DNA of 37,181 nucleotides, from assembly GCA_039679385.1 (NCBI GenBank), contig JBDKVB010000089.1, positions 1 to 37,181 on the forward strand, in the 5' to 3' direction. Below are positions 16,930 through 26,406 of this stretch, one piece after another. How positions within the stretch are numbered: the first letter of the stretch is position 1; each line of letters opens with the position of its first letter. Both the position numbers and the translations under genes were made by a program. The stretch comes from Armatimonadia bacterium (GTDB taxonomy: Bacteria; Armatimonadota; Zipacnadia; Zipacnadales; JABUFB01). A model generated the notes under the pieces. The model did no database searches and was not told the origin of the DNA. It was given only the letters and a program-made list of their open reading frames with translations.

Positions 16930-19863
16930 ATGACGCGCCTGCTCTGCCTTGTGCTCGGTCTTGCGGTCCTGGCCTGCGAGGCCCAGATGCAGGTCACCCC
17001 GAACCCCTCCGGGGCGATCGACCAGATCTCGTGGAAGGGTTCCGTTCTGCTTCAGCCCCTGCAGATGCGCATCGTCAAGACCGGCTGGAGCGGCACCTTC
17101 GCCCAGCAGATACCCGGTGACGGCTTCACCCGTGAGGGTCCGGCTGGTGCCGATGCGCTCAACTTCACCGGCACCATCGACTGCGAGGGCAAGCCCTGTC
17201 GTCTGGAGCAAACCGCCGAGTATGGGCCCGCTGGTGAGGACTGGCTGCGCCTGAACTACAAGCTCACTCCCAGTGCCGACCTGGACACTGAGCGTGTCTT
17301 CCTGTGTGCCGGCCTGCCCACGGAGGGTAACGCCGGAGCAGGTCAGTTCATCACCGCAAGCGGCCCGCAGGTGTCGCGCATTCCCCTGCCGGCCACGCTC
17401 CCCAACCAGTATCGTCTCGCCGGCGCCGACCAGATGGACTGGTGCGCCTGGGTTCTGCCGGGTGATGTCGGGTTGCTCCTCGAGCCCGTCGGCGCGGGGA
17501 TTTCCTCGGTGTCCTTCCAGGACGACCGGCAGTTCAAGATGGAGTGCTTCGAAGCCCAGCTTTCCGTGCAGAACACCCGTGGCCTTAAGGCGAACCAGAC
17601 CTACGAGTTCGGCCTGACTCTGCGTCCGGTTACGGCAGCTCAGTTGGAGGCGAAGGTGAAGGCAGCGGTGACCTCTCAGATGGTCGCGATGGAGTCCAAC
17701 AAGCCTCTGGCGCTCCGGGGAGTTCGCCCGAGCGCTCAGCAGGTGGCCCGATACGAGCGACTGGACCTCGACCTGGATCTGGACGCCACCTTCGACAACC
17801 CCTTCGACCCGGAGGACATCGACGTCACTGCCACCTTCGTGGGGCCGGACGGCAAGGAGGTGACCGTTCCCGGCTTCTACAGCCAGGACTACGCACTGCG
17901 CACGGTCGACACCCGCAGCGATCTCGTCCCACAGGGGAACCCGGGGTGGCAGGTCCGCTTCGCACCCTCTCAGACAGGTCGCTGGACGGTGACCGTGGAG
18001 GCTCGCGACCGCACGGGAAGGGTCCGCTCACAACCCGTGAGCTTCGACTGCCTTGCGGGCAACGCTGCCGGGTTCGTCCGGCGCGTGCCCGACAACCCTC
18101 GCTACCTGCAGTTCGACAACGGTGAGCCCTACTTCGCCGTGGGCGAGAACGTCTGCTGGGGAGCTCTGGACAAGTACGCGGAGTGGTTCAAGGCACTGGG
18201 CGACGCCGGCGGCAACTACTGCCGCATCTGGCTCGTGCGCTGGAATATGGCCCTGGAGTGGACGAACGAGGGCTCACGGACCGGCATCTACTACGGACTG
18301 GGCAAATACAGCCTCGACAACGCCTGGCGTCTGGATCGTGTGATGGAGATGGCTCGCCAGAACGGCATCCGCTGCATGCTGTGCCTGGGCTACCATGGCG
18401 AGTTGATGGAGACGCCCGACTACTTCAACACGAACTGCTGGCAGCAGAACCCCTACAACAAGGCCCTCGGCGGGCCGTGTGAGAAGCCGGCGGACTTCTG
18501 GACCAACCCACAGGCACGCAAGCTCTACCAGCAGAAGCTGCGCTACTTCGTGGCCCGCTATGGCTGGGACAGCCACGTGCTGTCCTGGGAGTTCTGGAAC
18601 GAGGTCCGTGCACCGGCACCCTGGATACAGGAGATGGCCCGCTGGTTCCGAGCCAACGACCCGTATCGGCACCTGATCACCACTACCTACGGCTATGACG
18701 AGGTCTGGCAGCTCCCGGAGATCGACTACACCCAGGCCCATACCTACGGGAGCGACGAGAACCGGCCGTCGACCGCACCCGTCATCGCCGCCCTGGGACG
18801 CGAATACACGACCAAGTGGACCAAGCCCTTCATGGTCGGCGAGTTCGGCATCGACTGGAAGACCGGTGATGGCAGTCACGATCCCACTCGTCAGGGCACG
18901 AGCCTGCACAACGGCATGTGGGCCTCGGTCATGACCCGCAGCTTCGGCACGGCCGCTCTCTGGTACTGGGACGGCTACGTGCATCCCTTCAACCTGTACC
19001 ACGAGTTCACTAGCCTGCGCCGCTTCGTGGATACCGTGCCCTGGACCAAGCTGAACTTCGAGCTGGCGGACTTCGGCCCGGTTCGCAGACCCGTAGCGGT
19101 CGATGCCCCCTGGGACGATATCCGCTGCGTGTCGACCCTTGGCTGGGCAAAGGCGACCGGCACCGACTTCACGATCCGACGTGACGGTGCAGTGCTCGGC
19201 GAGGGCACCTTTTCGGGTACCCTGTTCTCTCCGAGCAAGAAGGACATGATGACGCCGCTGCGCTTCCGAGTCACCTACCCGCAGGACGGCAAGTTCATTC
19301 TGCATATCGGCACCGTCAGCCAGGGCGCCGTGCTGCACGTCAAGGTGGATGGCCAGGAGGTGCTGGTCAAGGACCTTCCCGCCGGAGAGGGTACGGGGCC
19401 GTGGAAGAAGACCACCTGGGTCGAGCAGCACAAGATCTGGCAGAGCGAGTATGACACCGACATCGAGGTGCCCGTCCCGGCCGGGGAGCACGTCATCGAG
19501 CTGGAGAACTCCGGCAAGGACTGGATCGGGGTCACCCAGTACGTCTTCGCGGGTTGCCGCGATCCGCAGTACGGGACACTGCAGTGCCTGGGCATGCGGA
19601 CGGCCGACTACGCGCTCCTGTGGCTGCACGACCCGGAGAGCACCTGGTATAACGACAAGCTGGGCAAGGTTCCGCAGCCCATCGACGGCGCGACGACCAC
19701 GCTCCTCGGACTGGCGGACGGCAACTACCAGGTGGAGTGGTGGGATACGCGCAAGGGCGAAGTCTCTGCAACCAACCCCGCCGTCAGCGCAGAGGGTAAG
19801 CTCAGCCTGACGGTGCCGACCTTCACACGAGACGTCGCAGCCAAGGTGACGCGCGCCAGATAG
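16930..19863 (+). CDS. Secreted multidomain glycoside hydrolase, GH5-like (clan GH-A TIM barrel) with N- and C-terminal beta-sandwich domains.
   Basis: ATG at 16930 with a GAAGGGGG RBS. Signal peptide MTRLLCLVLGLAVLACEAQ. Acid/base motif WEFWNEV and nucleophile motif MVGEFGID are typical of GH5/clan GH-A. The ORF track's start at 16843 lies upstream of the RBS. Confidence 0.7.
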   Translation: MTRLLCLVLGLAVLACEAQMQVTPNPSGAIDQISWKGSVLLQPLQMRIVKTGWSGTFAQQIPGDGFTREGPAGADALNFTGTIDCEGKPCRLEQTAEYGPAGEDWLRLNYKLTPSADLDTERVFLCAGLPTEGNAGAGQFITASGPQVSRIPLPATLPNQYRLAGADQMDWCAWVLPGDVGLLLEPVGAGISSVSFQDDRQFKMECFEAQLSVQNTRGLKANQTYEFGLTLRPVTAAQLEAKVKAAVTSQMVAMESNKPLALRGVRPSAQQVARYERLDLDLDLDATFDNPFDPEDIDVTATFVGPDGKEVTVPGFYSQDYALRTVDTRSDLVPQGNPGWQVRFAPSQTGRWTVTVEARDRTGRVRSQPVSFDCLAGNAAGFVRRVPDNPRYLQFDNGEPYFAVGENVCWGALDKYAEWFKALGDAGGNYCRIWLVRWNMALEWTNEGSRTGIYYGLGKYSLDNAWRLDRVMEMARQNGIRCMLCLGYHGELMETPDYFNTNCWQQNPYNKALGGPCEKPADFWTNPQARKLYQQKLRYFVARYGWDSHVLSWEFWNEVRAPAPWIQEMARWFRANDPYRHLITTTYGYDEVWQLPEIDYTQAHTYGSDENRPSTAPVIAALGREYTTKWTKPFMVGEFGIDWKTGDGSHDPTRQGTSLHNGMWASVMTRSFGTAALWYWDGYVHPFNLYHEFTSLRRFVDTVPWTKLNFELADFGPVRRPVAVDAPWDDIRCVSTLGWAKATGTDFTIRRDGAVLGEGTFSGTLFSPSKKDMMTPLRFRVTYPQDGKFILHIGTVSQGAVLHVKVDGQEVLVKDLPAGEGTGPWKKTTWVEQHKIWQSEYDTDIEVPVPAGEHVIELENSGKDWIGVTQYVFAGCRDPQYGTLQCLGMRTADYALLWLHDPESTWYNDKLGKVPQPIDGATTTLLGLADGNYQVEWWDTRKGEVSATNPAVSAEGKLSLTVPTFTRDVAAKVTRAR

Positions 19864-19889
19864 GGTCGTCGCACGAGACCGGCAAAGCA

Positions 19890-19917
19890 GAGAGCCGCCC
19901 TGCAAGGGGCGGCTCTC
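19890..19917. terminator. Bidirectional terminator hairpin between the convergent GH gene and valS.
   Basis: Perfect 11-bp stem gagagccgccc/gggcggctctc with a short loop. Only weak T-rich flanks. Confidence 0.5.
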
Positions 19918-19947
19918 GTGTTACTCGCTATCAGACAGAGTTGGCTG

Positions 19948-22611
19948 CTACGCTCCGAGCTTCAGCAGTGCCTCACGCTGGCCCTGGAGCTTGCCGACGG
20001 TCTTCTCGGACTCGGCGAGACGCGCCTTCTCCTCCTCGATCACCTGCGTCGGCGCTTTGCTGACGAAGCCCTCGTTCGCGAGCTTCTTGCGGCTGCGCTC
20101 GGCGTCTCCGTTGACCTTCGCGATCTGCTTGTCCAGTCGCGCCAGCTCCGCCTGCACGTCGATGGCCCCGCCGAGGTGCAGGAAGACCTGCATCGTACCA
20201 ACGAGCGATGACACCGCACCGCTCAGTGTCTCGGTGGCGGCCGTCTGGGTCGATAGCTCCGAAGTCCAGGCCAGCGCATTGAAGGAGGACGTGTAATCCC
20301 TCATCAGGGCGAGAGTGGCCTCGTCGGCGCTCTGGATCGTTACGGCCAGTTTCGGCCCCGGTGCGATGTTCCAGTCGGCTCGCATCGAGCGGACCGCGCC
20401 GATCGCGTCCTGCAAGAGCGCCATCTGCTCCTCGGCTTTGTTGTCCATCCAGCGCGCGTCAGCCTGCGGGTACGGCTGCTTCGCCAGCGAGCCGTCCTGC
20501 GGCCGCCAGCGCTGCCAGATCTCCTCGGTGATGAAGGGCATGAAGGGGTGCAGGGCCCGCAGGATGCCGCTGATCACGAACCGCAACACGCGCTGCGTTG
20601 CCTGTTTCCGCTCCAGGTCCTCGCCGTACAGTGAGGATTTGGCCATCTCCAGGTACCAGTCGCAGAACTCGCTCCACACGAACCCGTACAGCGCCTCGGC
20701 GGCCTGCGCGAGGTTGTACTGCTCGAGTTGGCTGATCACCGTCTCCATCGTCGCACTGAAGCGGCTCAGTATCCAGCGGTCGACGAGGGTCAGCGCTGCC
20801 GGGTCGAGCTCCTCGTCGCCCTTCTCCTCGGGTGCGTCCTCCAGGTTCATCAGCGAGAACCGCGAGGCGTTCCACAGCTTGTTGCAGAAATTGCGGGCAC
20901 CAACGAACCGGTCCTCCGCGAGGCTCAGGTCCTGGCCGTGAGTGATGAGCTGCGTGAGTGCGAAGCGCAGCGCATCGGCCCCGTAGCGGTCGATCAGGTC
21001 GATCGGATCGACGTTGTTCCCGAGGCTCTTGCTGATCTTGCGTCCCTTCTCATCCCGCACGAGGCCATGAATGAACACGTCGGCGAAGGGCTCGCGACCC
21101 GTGAACTGCTCGCCCGCCATGATCATCCGTGCCACCCAGAAGTAGATGATGTCATAGGCGGTCACGAGCACGCTGGTCGGGTAGAAGTAGTCCAGCTCCG
21201 GCGTTTTGTCGGGCCATCCGAGGGTCGAGAAGGGCCATAGCTGCGAGCTGAACCAGGTGTCCAACACGTCCTCATCCTGATGGATCTTGGCGCTCCCGCA
21301 GTGGCCGCAAGCGGTCGGGTCCTCACGGGTGCAGGTCATCTTGCCGCAGTCATCACAGTACCACACGGGGATCGAGTGCCCCCACCAGAGCTGACGCGAG
21401 ATCGGCCAGTCGCGCGGGTTCTCAAGCCAGTCGCGGTACACCTTCGTCCAGCGTTCCGGCACGAACCGCACGGTGCCACTGTCCACAGCTTCAAGGCCCT
21501 TGCGCGCCAGCGGCTCCATCTTCACGAACCACTGCGTCGACACCAGGGGCTCGAGGATGGTGTGGCAGCGGCTGCACTGCGGGATGGTGTGCGTGTAGTC
21601 CTCGACGCTCACGAGCAGCCCCAGTTCGTCAAGGTCGGCGACGACCTGCTTGCGGCATTCGTTCCGGTCCATGCCCGCGTAGCGCCCCATCTCGGCGGTC
21701 ATCTTTCCATCTTTGCCGATCGCGACGACTTCGGGCAGGTTGTGCCGCTGGGCAAGCTGCAGGTCGTTGGGGTCGTGCGACGGCGTGACCTTGAGGGCGC
21801 CGGTGCCGAACTCCATGTCGGTGTATTCGTCGGCAATGACCGGTATCTCGCGGTCCATCAGCGGCAGGACGACGGTCTTGCCCACCAGGCGCTGGTAGCG
21901 CTCGTCCTTCGGGTTGACGCACACGGCGGTGTCGCCGAGCATCGTCTCCGGTCGCGTGGTTGCGACCACAAGGCCGGGACCGCCATCGAGCTCGGGGTAG
22001 CGGATATGCCACAGGTGCCCGGGCTTCTCGACGTTCTCCACCTCAAGATCGGAGAGGCCGGTCGCACAGCGCGGGCACCAGTTCACCATGTAGTCGCCGC
22101 GGTAGATGAGGCCCTCCTCCCAGAGGGTCACGAAGGCCTCGCGGACAGCCCGCGACAGTCCGTCGTCCATGGTGAAGCGCTCGCGCCGCCAGTCCAGCGA
22201 CGAACCGAAGCGGCGCAGCTGCTCGACGATGTGCGAGTGGTGCTTCTCCTTGACGTCCCACACTCGCGCGACAAAGGCCTCGCGCCCCAGGTCATGGCGC
22301 GACAGGCCCTCCTCAGCGATGAGGCGCTCCACAACGTTCTGGGTTGCGATGCCGGCGTGGTCGGAGCCGGGGATCCACAGGGCCTCGTAGCCGCTCATGC
22401 GCTTCCAGCGGATGAGCAAGTCCTGGATGGTGTTGTCGAGGGCGTGGCCCATGTGCAGGATCCCGGTGACGTTCGGCGGCGGGATCACGATGCAGTAGCT
22501 GGGCTTCGACGGATCGACCTCGGCATCAAAGGTGTGGTTGTCGAGCCAGTACTGGTAGATGCGACCTTCGATATTCTGCGGCTCGTAAGCCTTTTCCATC
22601 TCGTGCGACAT
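19948..22611 (-). CDS. valS: Valyl-tRNA synthetase.
   Basis: 887 aa with HIGH-like (PPPNVTGILHMGHAL) and KMSKS (KISKSLGN) motifs, a CP1 editing domain and a C-terminal coiled coil. ATG at 22611 with a GGAGG RBS. Confidence 0.95.
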   Translation of the reverse strand: MSHEMEKAYEPQNIEGRIYQYWLDNHTFDAEVDPSKPSYCIVIPPPNVTGILHMGHALDNTIQDLLIRWKRMSGYEALWIPGSDHAGIATQNVVERLIAEEGLSRHDLGREAFVARVWDVKEKHHSHIVEQLRRFGSSLDWRRERFTMDDGLSRAVREAFVTLWEEGLIYRGDYMVNWCPRCATGLSDLEVENVEKPGHLWHIRYPELDGGPGLVVATTRPETMLGDTAVCVNPKDERYQRLVGKTVVLPLMDREIPVIADEYTDMEFGTGALKVTPSHDPNDLQLAQRHNLPEVVAIGKDGKMTAEMGRYAGMDRNECRKQVVADLDELGLLVSVEDYTHTIPQCSRCHTILEPLVSTQWFVKMEPLARKGLEAVDSGTVRFVPERWTKVYRDWLENPRDWPISRQLWWGHSIPVWYCDDCGKMTCTREDPTACGHCGSAKIHQDEDVLDTWFSSQLWPFSTLGWPDKTPELDYFYPTSVLVTAYDIIYFWVARMIMAGEQFTGREPFADVFIHGLVRDEKGRKISKSLGNNVDPIDLIDRYGADALRFALTQLITHGQDLSLAEDRFVGARNFCNKLWNASRFSLMNLEDAPEEKGDEELDPAALTLVDRWILSRFSATMETVISQLEQYNLAQAAEALYGFVWSEFCDWYLEMAKSSLYGEDLERKQATQRVLRFVISGILRALHPFMPFITEEIWQRWRPQDGSLAKQPYPQADARWMDNKAEEQMALLQDAIGAVRSMRADWNIAPGPKLAVTIQSADEATLALMRDYTSSFNALAWTSELSTQTAATETLSGAVSSLVGTMQVFLHLGGAIDVQAELARLDKQIAKVNGDAERSRKKLANEGFVSKAPTQVIEEEKARLAESEKTVGKLQGQREALLKLGA

Positions 22612-23045
22612 AACGGCATACCTCCGATTGGGGGTCTGGATGCACCGGCCTTCGGGTGCTCATCGCGGGAGTCTGCCGCCTCTGCACACGGCAAAAAGCC
22701 TCCCGTCCCGTTGGGACGAGAGGCTGAAGCGGCACAAGGCCGTCCGGCATCCCGCGGTACCACCCAAGTTCCGTCTCGGCTAGCGAGACGACTCTCTGAC
22801 GCGGTAACGGGCGCACCCGGTGTGACCTACTGAGCGCCGGACTCCGGCGCTGTTCGGCCCCACGGCTCAGGGGCGACTTTCGGCGGACACCAGGGCCGGC
22901 ACTCCCACCTGTTCACCGGCTCTCTGGCCTTGTAGGCACGTAATCGACGCCCTCAAGGCACTACCTGGCGCAGCCCGCTTACTCCTCCCCATCGTTGCCT
23001 GATGGTTGATGCGGTTGGCTGTCAACGACTCTATAGAACACGTTG
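22612..23045 (-). promoter_or_regulatory. T-box riboswitch leader of valS.
   Basis: Minus-strand RNA contains AACUUGGGUGGUACCGCGG (22770-22752), matching the T-box consensus AAUUAGGGUGGUACCGCG. About 30 nt downstream is an intrinsic terminator (22723-22691: 11-bp stem CCUCUCGUCCC/GGGACGGGAGG plus CUUUUUG), about 80 nt before the valS ATG. Candidate Val specifier GUC-A triplets lie at GGUCACA and GUCAGAGAG in the upstream stem region. Confidence 0.65.
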
Positions 23046-23074
23046 ATTATCGCGCAAAGGAACTCGCCGGTCAA
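23046..23074 (-). promoter_or_regulatory. Candidate promoter of the valS T-box leader.
   Basis: On the minus strand: TTGACC, 17-nt spacer, GATAAT. Overlaps the stop codon of the upstream SDR gene. Confidence 0.35.
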
Positions 23075-23817
23075 GGGCAGGTCGGACCGAGGGGCTGGCC
23101 GTCAGGGCCGAAGCTCACCGTCGGCTGCCATCCATACAGGGCTCGGGCAGCCTCGAGGTCCCAGTGGCGACCGCGGTTGTCACCCACAAGGTGTACCAGC
23201 GCGAACTTCGGCCGCGGACACGCGAGAACAAGCCCTAAGGCCCGCACCACGTCCTGCACGTGCACCCGCGATGGATGAGGGTGTGCCTGCTGCCAGTGGC
23301 CCTGCAACTGCGGAATGTACACGTTGCCGAGCCGGAGGACCGTCACGGGCAGACCGCGCTCCTGGTGGAACATCCGGCACAATTCCTCGCCGAAGCCCTT
23401 TGTGATCCCGTAGACGCCTCCGCCGAGGTGCCTGTCCTGTGAGCCGACCATCTGGCCCTCAGGATATCCGTTGAGAGCAGACACGCTGCTGGTGTAGAGG
23501 ACGCGCTTGCCGCCTGTTTCGGCAGCCGCCCGGAGCACATTGTACACGCCCTCCACCTGGACGCCGAAGGAGGCGTGCGCATATCCCGGTGCCCGGCCGT
23601 GATCATAGACCGAGGAGTCCACGATCGCCATGTACAGAACAGCATCGACCTGCGAGACGGCCTGCTGCACCTGCTCGGGATTGAGAACATCCAGCGGCGT
23701 GTAGCGGGGATCGTCAAGAGGCTGCACGTCGCCCAGGATCAGCTCGTGTTCTTGGCCAAGCCCGACCGTGGCCGCACGTCCAACTCGACCTGCGGCCCCG
23801 ACAATCAGCACCTTCAT
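23071..23817 (-). CDS. SDR-type NAD(P)-dependent epimerase/dehydratase family protein.
   Basis: Internal ATG at 23817 gives MKVLIVGAAGRVGRAATVGL (Rossmann motif). YGITK Tyr-x3-Lys motif. 248 aa. Confidence 0.75.
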   Translation of the reverse strand: MKVLIVGAAGRVGRAATVGLGQEHELILGDVQPLDDPRYTPLDVLNPEQVQQAVSQVDAVLYMAIVDSSVYDHGRAPGYAHASFGVQVEGVYNVLRAAAETGGKRVLYTSSVSALNGYPEGQMVGSQDRHLGGGVYGITKGFGEELCRMFHQERGLPVTVLRLGNVYIPQLQGHWQQAHPHPSRVHVQDVVRALGLVLACPRPKFALVHLVGDNRGRHWDLEAARALYGWQPTVSFGPDGQPLGPTCP

Positions 23818-23890
23818 GGCAGCACCCGAGCATCTGAAAGATCCCGGCGTCGAACCCCGCACAAGCCCTCAGGGGCCGTCAGCCCCTCGG

Positions 23891-26263
23891 CTACTTCACC
23901 AGAGCGTGCTTCAAGACCTCGTCCATTGTCTGCACGAACACGAACTCGATGGCCTTGTGCACTTCCTCAGGAACCTCATCACGGTCGTGAAGGTCCTTGG
24001 CGTTCTCCGCCGGCAGGATCACCTTAGTGATCCCGGCACGGTGAGCGCCCAGCACCTTCTCCCGCACTCCGCCGATGGGCAGAACGCTGCCGTGGAGAGT
24101 GATCTCTCCCGTCATTGCGACGGCACTGCGCACCGGAATCTGCCGCAAGGCCGAAATGAGGGCGGTACAGATCGAGATGCCTGCCGAGGGCCCCTCCTTC
24201 GGGATCGCCCCGGCGGGTACATGAATATGGATGTCATGCTTCTCGAAGTACCCGGCTTCAGCGCCTGTGGGCTCGCCGATCAGTCGCGCATACCCCAGGG
24301 CCGCCTGCGCCGACTCCTTCATCACGTCACCCAGTTGCCCCGTCAGCACCAGGTTGCCCTTGCCGGGCACCACGGAGACCTCGATGTTGATGATGTCGCC
24401 GCCCTGCGGGGTGTAGGACAGGCCGACGGCGATGCCGACACGGTCCTGCTCGCTGCGCCGATCGTGACGGAACATGACCGGCCCTAGCAGGCCCTCGACG
24501 GTCTGCGGGTCAGCCTTCACCGAGGGGTTCTCGCCCGAGGCCAGCCGCTTGGCTGTCTTGCGGCACAGGGCAGCGATCTGTCGCTCGAGGTTGCGAACAC
24601 CGGCCTCGTAGGTGTAGTGGTTGATGACGTATCGCAGACCGGCCGCTGTGAAGGTGATCTGCTTGCCGCTGACACCGTTCTCCTTGCGCTGCTTGGGCAC
24701 CAGGAACCGGCGGGCAATCTGGAGCTTCTCGTCCTCCGTGTAGCCGGGGAACTCGATGACCTCCATCCGGTCCCGCAGGGGAGGCGGCACGGCCTCGAGC
24801 ATGTTGCCGGTCGCGATGAACATGATCTTCGACAGGTCGTAGGCGACCTCAAGATAGTGGTCGCGGAAGGTGTCGTTCTGCTCCGGGTCGAGCACTTCGA
24901 GCAGCGCGGAAGTCGGGTCACCGCGGAAATCCGTACCGATCTTGTCGATCTCGTCGATCATGAAGACCGGGTTGTCGCTCTTCACTCGTCGCAGCGCCTG
25001 GATGAAGCGTCCCGGAAGCGCCCCGACATAGGTGCGGCGGTGCCCACGGATCTCAGCCTCGTCGTGCACGCCGCCCAGGGAGACGCGGACGAACTCGCGT
25101 CCCATGGCCCGAGCGATGGACCGTCCAATGGAGGTCTTGCCGACACCGGGCGGTCCCATGAAGCAGAGGATCGGACCGCGTACTTCCTCGACCAACTGCC
25201 GGACTGCCAGGAACTCGAGCACCCGCTCCTTGACCTTCTTCAGGCCGTAGTGGTCCTGGTCCATCAGTTGCTCCGCCCGCAGGATGTCGACCTGATCGGG
25301 CGTCTCCGTGGTCCAGGGAAGATCGAGGAGCCAGTCCAGATAGGTGCGGATGACCGAGACCTCGGGAGAGGCCATCGGCATCTGCTCCAGCCGGTCCAAC
25401 TCGCGCAGGGACTTCTCCAGCGCCTCCGCCGACATCCCGCTGACGATGACGCGCTCGCGGTAGTCCTCGATGTCGTCGGCCATTCCGGAGGTCTCGCCCA
25501 GCTCGTCCTGGATGGCCTTCAGTTGCTCGCGCAGGTAGTGCTCGCGCTGGCTATCCTCCAGTTCATCATGCACACGCGCATGGATGTCGCGCTCAAGCCG
25601 CAGGATGTCCAGCTCTCCCGCGAGGAGATGGTCGAGGAGTCGCACGCGCTTGCCAACCTCAAGCATCTCTAGTAGTCCCTGCTTGTCGGCCAGCTTGATG
25701 TTGATGTAGGCGCCCACAAGGTCGGCCAGACGGCCCGCCTCGTCGACGTTCATGGCGGTGACCAGGGCCTCGGGCGGGATGCTGCGGCTGAGGCTGGTGG
25801 CCTCCTCGAACTGCGAGAGGATACTTCGCATCATGGCCTGCAGGCGGCGCGAGGGCTTCTCCTCCGAGGCCAGCGGCTCGGCCAGCGCACGGTAGAAGGG
25901 ATCACGCTGCACGAACCGCGTGACCTTGGCCCTGTGCAGCCCCTCGAGCAGCACGCGCAAAGTGCCATCGGGCAACTCGAGAACCTGGACCGGCCTGGCA
26001 ACCGTCCCGATGCGGTACATGCCCTGCGGTCCGGGGTCGTCATCGCCGGCATCCCGCTGAGCCAGGGCCAGGACGTTGCTGCCTTCCAGTCGCGCAGCCT
26101 GGAGAGCCCTGACCGTGCGGTCACGGACGACTCCCAGGGGAACCACCATGTGAGGGAATATCACGACGTCCCGCAGCGGGAGCACCGGGATGCCCTCCGG
26201 CGGCTGCGGGTCGTTCTCGAAGTCGGCGTCGATCTCGTTGTCGTCCCGAATCAGGTCGGCCAT
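23891..26263 (-). CDS. lon: ATP-dependent Lon protease.
   Basis: 790 aa with Lon N-domain, AAA+ Walker A (GPPGVGKTS) and protease domain (PKEGPSAG...). ATG at 26263. Confidence 0.95.
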   Translation of the reverse strand: MADLIRDDNEIDADFENDPQPPEGIPVLPLRDVVIFPHMVVPLGVVRDRTVRALQAARLEGSNVLALAQRDAGDDDPGPQGMYRIGTVARPVQVLELPDGTLRVLLEGLHRAKVTRFVQRDPFYRALAEPLASEEKPSRRLQAMMRSILSQFEEATSLSRSIPPEALVTAMNVDEAGRLADLVGAYINIKLADKQGLLEMLEVGKRVRLLDHLLAGELDILRLERDIHARVHDELEDSQREHYLREQLKAIQDELGETSGMADDIEDYRERVIVSGMSAEALEKSLRELDRLEQMPMASPEVSVIRTYLDWLLDLPWTTETPDQVDILRAEQLMDQDHYGLKKVKERVLEFLAVRQLVEEVRGPILCFMGPPGVGKTSIGRSIARAMGREFVRVSLGGVHDEAEIRGHRRTYVGALPGRFIQALRRVKSDNPVFMIDEIDKIGTDFRGDPTSALLEVLDPEQNDTFRDHYLEVAYDLSKIMFIATGNMLEAVPPPLRDRMEVIEFPGYTEDEKLQIARRFLVPKQRKENGVSGKQITFTAAGLRYVINHYTYEAGVRNLERQIAALCRKTAKRLASGENPSVKADPQTVEGLLGPVMFRHDRRSEQDRVGIAVGLSYTPQGGDIINIEVSVVPGKGNLVLTGQLGDVMKESAQAALGYARLIGEPTGAEAGYFEKHDIHIHVPAGAIPKEGPSAGISICTALISALRQIPVRSAVAMTGEITLHGSVLPIGGVREKVLGAHRAGITKVILPAENAKDLHDRDEVPEEVHKAIEFVFVQTMDEVLKHALVK

Positions 26264-26288
26264 GTTGTCAGATTTCCGGGGGCTGATG

Positions 26289-26320
26289 ATAAAACCGCCC
26301 GCATGTCGCAGCGGGCGGGC
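26289..26320 (-). terminator. Intrinsic terminator/attenuator between clpX and lon.
   Basis: Minus-strand hairpin (8-bp stem ccgcccgc/gcgggcgg, 8-nt loop) followed by UUUUAU, about 30 nt upstream of the lon ATG. Confidence 0.55.
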
Positions 26321-26406
26321 AGTGAGCTATGCCACGGTCAGCCGTAGGTACAGATTCAGCGGTGCGCTGCCGATTCCCTGCACCAACGAGGACTGATCTT
26401 GGCCTA

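Noticed and set aside
18274-19905. 543-aa minus-strand ORF.
   Set aside because: Antisense of the GH5-like hydrolase gene, which has signal peptide and catalytic motifs on the + strand.
21280-22833. 517-aa + strand ORF.
   Set aside because: Antisense of valS and extends across the T-box leader. valS identity on the minus strand is unambiguous.
24617-25672. 351-aa + strand ORF.
   Set aside because: Antisense of lon.
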